Of a DNA stretch of 64,000 bases, positions 47,860 to 58,747 are shown piece after piece. Every line of letters begins with the position of its first letter. Positions within the stretch are counted from its first letter, which is position 1. Under the pieces are notes generated by a model. That model had not been told where the DNA came from. It did no database searches and was given only the letters and a program-made list of their open reading frames with translations. A program made the translations under genes and the position numbers. Source of the DNA: Protoeuglena noctilucae (taxonomy: Eukaryota); assembly GCA_958009085.1 (NCBI GenBank), contig OY253684.1, forward strand, positions 62,001 to 126,000, read 5' to 3'.

Positions 47860-50800
47860 TCAGCCCCCCACCGCCGCCCGCACCACCGCTGCAGCGTCCC
47901 TCAGCCCCGCGTGCCAGGGCAGGGCATGGGCTGACTGGGCCTGCGAGACAAGACAGATGAGTGAAGTTGCTTTATCGCATAACTGTTGCTATCATCTGCT
48001 GTCATCTGTGCATCACGCCCACCGCCATCACCAACCCCAGCACTGCCACTACCAGCCATGCCACCCGCATCACCCACCCACACCCACCCATCCCCATCCT
48101 CACCAGCGCCACCGCCGCCGCCCCCATCGCCCCCTCTCCCAGCTCCCCCACCCCCGCCGCCCCCGCCAATGCCAGCAGATGCCTCACATCCCCATTCAAA
48201 TCATCCCCACGCGCCGCCCCAGGCTCAAACGCAGCGATTGTTGCACCACTGCTCACGTCCACCCACGCCGCCCCCGCCCCCGGTGTCCCGCAAACACGTG
48301 GGGTGGTCATGGCAGCCGCCACACCGGCCCCGCCACCCCCCCGCAGCGCAGGGCTCAGTTTCGCGACCCTCCCGCCCACTGCCGCCGCCAGCACCCGCGA
48401 TCGCTCCGACCAGGGGGCGATGTGCACGGCCGCTCCCGCATGCACCCTCGCGCGCACTGCAGCTGCGCTCGTCACAGCATCCCCCGCCCCCGCCGCTCTC
48501 GCCGCCGCCGCGTGGCTCGCCGCGAGGGTTGCGTGGCTCCGCACCCGCACCCGCATGGCTGCATCCCCCCCCGCTTTGGCTGCAAACGCCTCCGCACACT
48601 CCACCACCATCGCATGCCTGTCCTCCGCCTCTCGCAGACTCTCTGGCTGCCCTGCCGCCCCCGCTTGTGCCAAAAACGCAGCTTTTGCATCGTTAGGCAA
48701 CGCCGCAGCTGCCACCCGCAACGCACAGGCAGCGAGGAGGCAGTCAAAGCACCGCGCCACACCCGCACTCCACTGCGCATGGGCTGACGCTGAATGGGCG
48801 TCGATAGCAGGGGTGCCATGGGTAGCAGTGGTGGTGGAAGATCCATGATGGGTGTAAATGTTTGTGCTTGTATTTGCAGTGCTGTCCGTGTCTGGCTGTC
48901 GATAGGATGCGTCGATGGTGACTGCGATGGCATCGTCGATGCGCGATGCGGCGCAGAGGGCGGTGACGAGGGCAGAAGCCAGATGGGCGGAGTCGGGTTG
49001 GCCTGGGGGGAACAGGGGAATGGGGGGAGAGTGAGGGGGTGAATGAGTAGGTGAGGGTTGGGTGGGCAGAGTGGGTGGACAGCAGAGTGACACGCCACAC
49101 ACCAATTACACCCGCCCATCACATACACACACCATTTAGATATACACATGAACACACGCCTCCCGCCCCACCCCCCACCCCTCACCTCTCCCCTCCGCCG
49201 CCCCCACCGCCACCCGCAGCATCCCCGCCGCCCCTGCCGCATCGCCCTTGGCCGCCACCACGCACGCCGCGCCCGCCATGGCCCAGGAATCCCCCGCCTT
49301 CTGCATTTCCAGATTCTCATACAGCATCCCCGCCTCCTCCAGCTTGCCCATTCTGGCGAGCACGCGTGCCAGACTGACGCGCACCGCGGCTGACACCGCG
49401 TCAGGGTCTGACGTGGGGCCGCGGTCGGACGGGACCTGAGTTGGGGAAGGGAGTTTGAATTTGAATGTGAATTTGCATGCCAGAAGAGTGGGAGAGGTGG
49501 GGGGAGGATGACAGTGAGCATCAGTAGTAGCATCAGTAGCATCACTAGACTAGGGACAGTTGCAACGGTAGCCATGCCACCCCTTACAACCACCCGCTTT
49601 CACACCCGTCACCATCACCACCACCCCGCCCCACCCATCCCTCCACCGTGACCGTCACCCCCCCCTGGTCGCCCCCACCACCACCACCACCCCTCACCCC
49701 TCACTTTCAAAATAACCACTATCCAACTCCCTTACACCCCCCCCCTCCCCATCCCTCACCGTGACCGTCACCCCCCCCCGGGTCGCCCCCACCATCGCGT
49801 GTGCTTTGGACAGACTGACCAGCGCCCCCTCCATCAGCCCCCTCGCTTCCCTCGCCAGTCCCAGCGCGTGGTGAGCCGCTGCGTTCCAAGGCTCAAGCTC
49901 TGCCCATCTTGATGCGGTGGGGAGGAGGAGGGGGTGGGTGGCGTGGCCAAGGGAGAGGGCGCACGTGGCGGCGTAGTGGAGGGCCTGGGGGGGTGGGAGG
50001 AATTGATAATGTGATTTTACAATGCAGTGTGAATATACACTATTATAGAGCGCTGGTGTATGAGAGCGAGAGTGCGCAGGTGCTGGCGTAGTGGAGGGCC
50101 TGGGGGGGTGGGAGGGATTGATAGTGTAATTATATAATGTGAATGTACATTTACTATATAGCATGGGTGTATGAGAGGGGGTGGGTGGCATGGCCAAGTG
50201 ATAGTGATAGTGATAGTGATAGTGATAGTGATAGTGATAGTGATAGTGATAATGATAGAAATAGTAAATGTAAAAGTAATAGTAATAGTAATAGTAAAAG
50301 GAATAGTAATAGTTAAAGTAATAGTAATAGTAATAGTAATAGTAATAGTAATAGTAATAGTAATAGTAATAGTAATAGTAATAGTTATAGTAATAGTAAT
50401 AGTAATAGTAATAGTAATAGTAATAGCAATAGTAATACAGTGCTGCACTCGCAACCGTTCCCGCCACCCTCACCACTCTCACCCATACACACCCCCCACC
50501 CACCCATTCCACTCACCTCCGTCCCGCACACCATACCCAGCGCGTGCCGGGCGAACTCAAACGCCCCCCTCACATCCCCCGCCCCCGCCGCCATCCCCGC
50601 CATCGCCTCCCACACCCCCGCATAATCGGGATCCTGAGCCCGCGCCTGCTGCCAGCATCTTTCTGCCAGATTAGTCTGTTGCATATTCGCGTATAATCGG
50701 CCCAACGCCGTCCACGCCCCCGCATTGCCAGGATCCAATTGCAGTGCTCTGGACAGCGCATATTCCCTTTCAGGTGGGGTGGTAAGAACGCTGCTCAGGG

Positions 50801-53800
50801 CGAGCCAGGCGGAGGGGGAGGTGGGGCTGCGGGGGGAGATGGATGGGGGGGGGTGGATGAGTGGGGTGGGGTGTTGGGGTGGGGTGTGGGGTGTTGGGTG
50901 GGGTCTGGGGGTGGGTGGCGTGGAGTGTGCAGTGTGGTAAGAGTGGGGATGGTTGAGTGGTGTGGGGTGTAGTAAGAAAGTGGCAGTAACAGTCACTGCC
51001 ACTACCCCCTTCCCCATACCCTCACTTACCCCCCCACCACCCCACATACACCCACCCCACCCCACCCCACCCCACCACCCCCTACCCTCACCTGGCCTCC
51101 ACCGCCCCCCTCATCAGTCTCCTGCACACCCTGCTCCTCTCCTCCGCCACCCTTTCATCCTCCCCCGTGATTCTGCGCAAGTCGCTCTCTGCCATCAGTG
51201 ACGCGCCCACGTCCACCAACACGCACGCCCTGGGTGGGTGAGAGGTATAAGAGATTTGGAATTGGAATTGGAATCTGCCAATGTTTGGATTGAAAAGTGA
51301 TGATAATGTACTCGATTGTCGTTACTGTTGATCTCATCTTGTCCCCTGATCTCACAAACAGTGACATAACACGAACACCACATCACACACGGACTTGGCA
51401 TATACACTAACACCCACACATTTCCCCCTCACCTATGTGCCCTATCCCCAGGTCTCAAAAACAGCGACTTGGCATACGCTCTCCTCGCCATCTCCACCAT
51501 CGCTGCTCTGCGCTGGTAGCCCGCCAGAATGGCACTGGCTGCCTGGGGTCCCTCGGTCAGCAATCGAAGGGCGTAGTCTATGGTGTCCAGGGGGGGCTGG
51601 GGGGAGAGAGAGAGAAGAGAGTGAGATGGGTGGATGAGTGGGAGGAAAAGGGCATCGCATCTTGTTTGTTGTGTGTGACCCACCCTCACATCGCCACGCC
51701 CCTGACTCCCCACCTCCCCTCCGCCCACCATCTCAGCTGCACATACCTTCACAACCACCCTCACATCTACACACACCCTCACACCCCCCAACCACCCCCT
51801 CACCTCCCCCCCCCCCTCGTGCACCGGCACATGCCGATGCATGGCCAGTGCATCTCCCAGCGTCTTCCACCCCCCCGCCACGCCCCCATCTCTCGCACAC
51901 GCCGCCTTTGCCGCCGCCACCGCTCTCGCAAGCTGCTTGGACGCCAGCCCCACCGCCCCCCTTGCAAACGCCTCATCCGCGCTCGCTAGCAACGCCTGGG
52001 CTAGCCCCGTGAGTGCGGGCACGCAGTGTTTGTCGATTAACAGTGCTTGTTTGTGCAATTCGAGGGATTCATCGGTGTCGTTTTCGTAGAGGGCGATCGA
52101 TGCGGAGAGCACGCGTGGGAGGGAGCGGGTAGGGTCCAGGGAGGTGGCGGTGAGGAGGGCCTGGGGGGGAGTGGGGTGGGGTGATTGTTAGTAGATATTA
52201 CTAAATGTGAAACGGTTATTGCTAAGTGGGGTTTGTGGCTATTGTTGAACGGGCGTTGCAGTGTGAGAGAGTGGGGTGGGGTTTGAGTGACATGGGGTGG
52301 AGGGAGTGGGGTAGGTCACCACTCAATGCTCATTGCTAGCTCCTCACTGCTAAGTTCCCCACCCCCACCCCCTCACCATTTTCGCCGCATCCGCCATCCC
52401 CAGCCCCACGTACGCCCTCCCCAGTCCCTCCCATGCGTCTGCGTCATTGCTGTCCATGCGAGTGCACCTCTGATACGCGCCCATCGCCTCGCGCCACTCC
52501 CCGCGCTTCTCCAATAGCTGAATATGAGGGGGGGGGTGGGTGGTTGAGAGGGGTGAGATTGAATGAGGGGTGAGAGTAAGAGAGGGGTTAGGAGAGGTGG
52601 AGTGGTTGGTACTTGTGTCCTGGTTTTGTCAACAGCCCATACCTGACCACCACCACCACTACCAACCCCTCACCTGCCCCATCGCCTTGACCGCCCACGC
52701 CGCCCTCTCGCTCCTCCCCGCCATCGCCCGGCACAGCCGCTCCACCACTCCATCCCCCGCCCCCTTCGCCACCAACAGCGCACACAGCCGCCGCCCCGCC
52801 TCCGCGCAAGCAGGGTCCGCGGCGAGCGCCTTTTGGTAGTAGCGCTGCGCGGATTCGATATCGCGACCTCTCTCGCAGTCGACGCCCAGCCACGCGAGTG
52901 CCGCGCCCTGTGCCACGCCTGCGCTGGCTGCTGCGAGCTCGACCTCGGTGCGGGCGCGGGTGAGGAGGGCGGCGGCTCTGGGGGGGGGGGGGGTGGGGGG
53001 GGGTTGGTTGCGGTGGGGTGGGGTAAGGGGAGGTGGTGTGGGGTGAGGCAGGTGCATTCACTTACCAATGTTAACCTATCTAACTGAAACTCCCACTCCC
53101 ATATCAACCACCCCCCTCACCTCTCCCTCTCCTCCTCCCCCACCCCCTCTTGCCCCAGCAGCCCCCTCCGCACATCCAACAACGCGCGCGCCATCACCAG
53201 CCGCCATGCCCCCACATCGCCATCACTGGGCACCACCACAGTCGCCGCGGATAGCAGCGCCGATGCGCGCACGCAAGCGGGGTTGCACAGCGATGCGGAG
53301 GGGAGCAGGGGGGCTGACAGACTGGCACGGCGAAGGCTGCGGGTGGGGGTTGAAAAGGAGTGACTGAGATACTTTGAATCGACTTGCTGTCAATTGTGAT
53401 ATGGATTCCACATGTAATTGTACATGGCGTGGCTTCTGTAAGCTTTGTAAATTATCATGCACCGTTCGGCACGCTCTCAGCCGCACGCTCGCACCCCACA
53501 ACCACCCTCACCCCACACCCCACACCCCAACCCCCCCCTCACCTCTCCTGCGCTCTCCCCGCCGCCGCCACCGCTCTCCCCGCCGCCCTCGCCGCCACCG
53601 CACCCTGCCCCTCCCTGAACGCCCCCTTTGCTTCCCACGCCCGCACCCACCCCTCCACCCCCCCACACACCGCATCCGCCAGCATCCCCACCCACTCCCC
53701 CTCCTCCACTCCCTCCCTTTTCAACCCCTCAATCACCCCATTCACATCCCCCGTCAGCCCCCTCAGCTCCCGCACTGCACCCTCATGCACACGCACTCTG

Positions 53801-56800
53801 GTCACGTCACTCCCCAAACCCCCCTCAGGTGCCACCAGCTTGGCTGTCAGCTCCATACCCGCTGCAGCGCGCGCCAAGCCGGGCAGGAGAGTGGGAGCGG
53901 ATGCAATTCCATGTGCGTTGGGTGACAACCCTATCGCCAGCCCACCAGCACCGTCATTGTTATCGGCACCACCCCCAGTCACCGCCTCCCCACTGCCCGC
54001 ACCAGCGCTGCTGTGGTTATTGTTACCATCGGCACCGGTCACGCCATCACCAGTAATAACGTTGTTACTAACACTGTTACTAGTATAATTACTGTTGTCA
54101 CGGCCAGCGCTGCTCGTGCCACCACCCCCACCCCCACCCGCACCCGCACCCCCACTACCACCCTCCCCCCCCCCATTCAGCGCATTCACTCCGTTCCTGC
54201 TGAACGGCTCTTGCGTGGCGTCGGCGATCAGCACCTGTGCCGCGATCAGCGACAGCAGAGTGGGGGCGTCGTGGCAGACTTGCTGGGCCTCCCGGACGGC
54301 CGCGGCGTGGCTGGGGGGGTGGGAGAATAGTGGGGTTTATGAGAGTTGCTTATAATTTACTAGCACAGTTCCTCGCTGGGCCTCGTGGACGGCCGCGGGG
54401 TGGCTGGGGGTGGGGAGAGAGGATATGGGTTAATGAGGGTGATGAAGGTTGATGATAAGACTAGCACGCTTGCTTGCTGGGCCTCGTTCAACTGTCATGC
54501 CTGCACCCTCAACCTCCCCACCCACGCGTGCAGGACCCCTCATCATCACCCACTCATGCACCACAACTCACCTCTGCAGCGCTATCAACGCCCGCGCTTT
54601 CACCACCCTCGCCGTGGCCGCATCGACCCTGCAGGCCCACGGCAGCTGGGAGGGAACGCGTGAATCCCGGGCCAGTTTCTCTGACTTGTCGCGCACCATC
54701 TCCACGGACATCTGAGACGATTTGATGGCATCGTGGAAGCGGCCGGACTGGGGGGGGGGGGTGGGTTAGATGGGGTGGGACCGGGTGGTGGGGTTGAAAA
54801 AGATGGTTACGCTCAGTCAGCAACAAAAATATGGAGATAGCTTTGTCATCAGTCACCCAATGCAAGTGGGTCCGAACGCGACACCCCCACAGCACGTTCC
54901 TAATATCGTGCCCCCCACTACACACCCACTGTCCACGCACCTGCGTCGCCGCCATCACTGCAGCACAACATGACCTACATTGTATACAATGCCCCCCTAC
55001 CACCCACGCACCTGCATGGCCGCGGCTGCTGCCGCGAACTTCTTGCTGATTTGAAACTTCTCGTCCGCCCCCCTCCCCTGCAGCAGATCCTCTGCTTTGC
55101 TGATCAGGCGGGGGCGGTCGATGGGGTCGGCGGCCATGGCGACGAGCGTGCCCAGCAGCGCGGTGCCCAGGGCGTGCTGAGAGTGAGAAGGGTGAGGGGA
55201 TAAGGTGAGTGAGTGGAGTGGAGTGGGGTGTGTGGGTGTGGGCCGCAACCACTGCTATACACACTGCAATACACAGCTGCCACTACAACAGCACGTCATC
55301 GCCGGCCCATTTGCCGCCTGTGAGGGGGTGGTTTACATCGTCGAGAAGGTCCTCAGATTCACTCACCCTATCTTGCAGCTGCCACTACACACCACCATGC
55401 ATGCCATACATAGTATACTCACCCTGGCCTGCAGCTGCCACGGCGTGGCGTGCGCGGCGTGCGCTGCGACGCGGCACACGTCCGGAGACCACGCGCAGGG
55501 CAGCAGGGCGTCTGCGCTGTCGAGCGCGGCCATCAGCAGCGCCCTGTTCACTGTGCCCGTCGATCGCAGCACGCCCACGCACCAGTCGAGGCAGCGGAGG
55601 TGGCCGGGGGGGCCCTGGGGTCCAAAGAGAGGGGAAGAAGGGAGGTGAGAGGGGCGATGTGTTGAAAGAGGAGGGGTGTGGGTGGCAGTGCTTTGAACTG
55701 GGTGTGCGTGATGATTGCTCTTCTGTAGGATTCACTGGGTGAATGCTCTTCATTAACCATCGAGGGTTCATGTACCATCCACGATCAACCCTCTCACCAT
55801 GCTCTTCTGCAGGTCGATCATCGTGTTCATGTATCGCTGCGATTCGGGCGACAAATCGTCCACGCACGCGCGCTCCAAAAGGCCACACGCCTGCGACTGA
55901 CGGTCCTGCTTAGCGGTGCCGTCCCGCAAATCCCGATAGCTGTTGACGGCCCACTCGTACACCTTGGCGCGGATGCGACGGCTGCGGTGCGGCCGGAGAG
56001 ATATATGGCGGTTCCTCTTTGCTAGCAGGCAAGCGCGAGCGTGTGTGACCGAAACGCGATCTTCGACGCCTCGCATTCGCCGATCGAGTTCTTTATGCAA
56101 TAATTGTTATCACAGTGCTTATAGCTCCCCGCAAAGACCCTCGCCTGAGGTCGTCGCCGACCCATCCCCCCGTCCGGTCCAACACGTCCGCCAGCACCCG
56201 CGCCGCCGCGATGTCGCCCTCCTGCCGCCCCGCGTGGTCCTCGTGCGCTCTGCAGAATTTCTCCAGCTCCTCGCCGACCCTCGCGGGGTCGTTGCCGTGC
56301 GACGCGAGGCTCAGGAGCTCCTGCAACGCATCGTGCTCCACGCTCGCGCCGGTTGCGCAGGCGCGCAGAGCCACCGGACATTAAGATGACACATTCGACA
56401 CATTACTCACACCGTCTATGATAATCTCTTACCGCGGAGACCTCCATGTAAGCCTGGAAGTCGCCGCACGCCTGCGACACGATCGCCAGCCCCCGCATGG
56501 CGTCGGGCCGCGTGGGCTCGAGCTGAATCGCGCGGCGCAGCACCCTCATGGCTTCTGGAAACTCCCCGCAATCGCAGTGGACCCGGCCCAAGAGCAGCAA
56601 CGCGTGGTAGTGCTGCGAGGGAGGGGACAGTCCAGGCACGCTCTGCGCGACCCGCCGGCCCGGAGAGGTCGCGTAAAGTGCATCACAAGCAAGAATACAT
56701 GACGAATATGCGATCGGGCAGGCATAACAGGCGCGGGATCCGGTCGCGCACCCGGGGGTCTGCCTGGAGCGCAGTCCTGCAGTGGAGGACGCACGCGGAC

Positions 56801-56853
56801 AGGGCGCCGTCATTGTAGGCCTTGAACGCCTCCTTGTAGGCATGTTGCGCCAT
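47860..56853 (-). CDS. SKI3: Superkiller complex TPR protein SKI3 (TTC37/SKIC3)
   Basis: MAQHAYKEAFKAY..LQADPR-HYHALLLLG..AIQLEPTRPDAMRGL; many TPRs (YYQKALAADP, DADAWEGLGRAY, GGWKTLGDAL); ARRAYAKSLFLRPG; AWLALSSV..REYALSRALQLDPGNAGAWTALGRLY..WQQARAQDP; LEPWNAAAHHALGLAREARG; terminal AHALPW. About 17 introns. Confidence 0.85.
50198..50437. repeat. Compound hexanucleotide microsatellite (TAGTGA)n(TAGTAA)n, about 40 units, intronic
   Basis: Directly visible; lies in a SKI3 intron and produces the spurious poly-Y, IT and VI ORFs in the ORF track. Confidence 0.97.
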
Positions 56854-57238
56854 CGCGCGAGCGAGCGCGGCCCAGAGGGCCGAGCGGTGAGAGAGACGCC
56901 ACCAAAAGGCCTGGGTGGGTGGGAACTCTGAGCTCAGACGCTGGCCGGAAGCCGATGATCGCTAGATTCCTCCAGCAATAACTTTGTGAGGAGCAAGAGC
57001 AGCGGCAGAGGCGTATGAATCGGCGATCGCTCGGCGATTGACTGGCGACACTGGCGTCGGACATCCGTGGCGCCGGCATACAGCCTTTGACGGTTGGCGA
57101 TGCAATGCTTTGAGGCATTGTTCGCAAGACTCCTGTCGGCCACAGCGTGATGCTCAACTGCGATACTCTCTGAGTAGCTTCTCGCGTGCGCTGCCGAGAG
57201 CGGCGGCCGTTCCGCAACTCTCAGTGCTCAAAAGCGCA

Positions 57239-58598
57239 ATGGCGGCGCAGGAGCGCGTGGAGGAGGCGTGTCGGGCCTTGGAGGATTTGTTGAGCGTATT
57301 CAATGACGAGGTCCAGGAGAAGACGAGCACCAAAGGCGAGCCGGATGCGTGGATGTCTCAGCAATGCATATCAACCGCATCCTCGCGCCTTCCTCACGCC
57401 ATCTCACGCCCGCGCAGAGGAGTTGCAAGCCGCCGTCGATCGCGCCAAGAGGAGCGCGACCAACGTCGGCGTGGCGTGCTCGGGCGGTGCCGCCTCGGCC
57501 GCTTCCGTCGTGGACCTCTTAGGTGCGCGGGCGCGCGGCCGGAGCACTCTTGCAGCATCTAAATGCATACTTATCATGTATAATATCTATCTCAATTACA
57601 TACGTTTCTCTTCGATGCGTATCGCGGATGCTTCGCCCCGCAGACGAGGTATACGCCAGCGTTCGCGCGGTCGTGGAGGCGTGCGCGGGCCTGGGGTCCT
57701 TTCCCGGTTCAGAATTGCGTTCGGCGTTGAGTCAGGCCACCGCCGGGTTCGTCGGGAGCTTCGCGCGGGCGCTGCGGGAGGCGGCGGCGGGCGGAGACCG
57801 CGTCACGCTGCGGGTGGGTCAGTGCTGGGCGGAGTGCGACGCAATGCGCAAAGCGCCGACGGACAATCGCTCGGCGCTGACTCGCGCGTTCGCACGTTTG
57901 CTCAAATCGATGACGTCAGCGGTCGCGGAGCTGGGGGATGCGGGGGGCGGGGGGAACGAAGCGCGGGGCAGTGCGCTGGCAGAGGGTGGCGGCATTGAGG
58001 TGGTGGATTGGGATGAGGGGAGCAGTGAGGGGGGGGAGGAGGAGGATCCAGTGGCGGCGGGGGTGGCTAGGGAGAAGGGACGCGTATTGTGTGACAAGTG
58101 TGTGGGGGCGATCAAGGCGTACATGCGGACAGTGGTGACATCGGGTGAGGGAGTGGAATGGGGGGTGGGATGTGAGGATGTGGGACGTTAGATGGTAGAT
58201 GTGGGGTGAGGGAGTGAAACGGGGCGTACGATGTGTTATATCCCACTCTCACCACCACACACGTTTGCGTCCTAGCCATACCCAACGCTTGCCATCACAC
58301 CCCGACACCCCCCGCAGTGGCGGTGAGCAAGGACGACCGGTGCGCGTTGGGCGAGGCGGTGCTGGGGTCGTTGCGGCAGGCGGAGGTGCGACTGGAAGCA
58401 ACGGTGGCGAGCCTGCACGCGCCGATTGAGCCAGAAATGGCGATGCAAGAGGCGACAGCGCTAGTGGAGGGAATCAGGGCGGTGGATATCGATTTGCGGG
58501 CGTATAGCTTGGATGTGGATGTGGCGGGGATTATGGAAGCGTTGGGGGCGATGAGGGGGGCGCTGGGGGAGGTGGGGGGCCTTGATGAGGATACGTGA
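57239..58598 (+). CDS. GCIP / cyclin-D1-binding protein 1 family protein
   Basis: AKRSATNVGVAC; GSELRSAL; RVGQCWAECDAMRKAPTDNRSALTR..MTSAVAEL (family motif GxVWxxCDxxxxxPxDN); acidic linker; VASLHAP. Three introns, the first GC-AG; TGA 58596-58598. Confidence 0.8.
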
Positions 58599-58643
58599 GA
58601 TGCGGTTGGGGAGGGAGTGTTTAAATGTGCGTGATGATTATCA

Positions 58644-58648
58644 TGTAA
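58644..58648 (+). promoter_or_regulatory. TGTAA chlorophyte-type polyadenylation signal candidate for the GCIP-like gene
   Basis: TGTAA lies about 45 bp downstream of the stop at 58598. A similar minus-strand TGTAA lies at 7569-7573, downstream of SPP. A 5-mer can occur by chance. Confidence 0.45.
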
Positions 58649-58747
58649 TGTCTTGGTCATCATACAATGACAGTACCATGGCGAATGCTGCGGCGATGTG
58701 AATGGTCGACGCGCTATTCAATATCATCATGGTATGTACGTGACTCT

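Noticed and set aside
50198..50437. Interstitial telomeric repeat
   Set aside because: The unit is TAGTAA/TAGTGA with no GGG run, unlike known green-algal telomere repeats.
49694..50674. Poly-Tyr, (IT)n and (VI)n proteins
   Set aside because: These are translations of the intronic hexanucleotide microsatellite.
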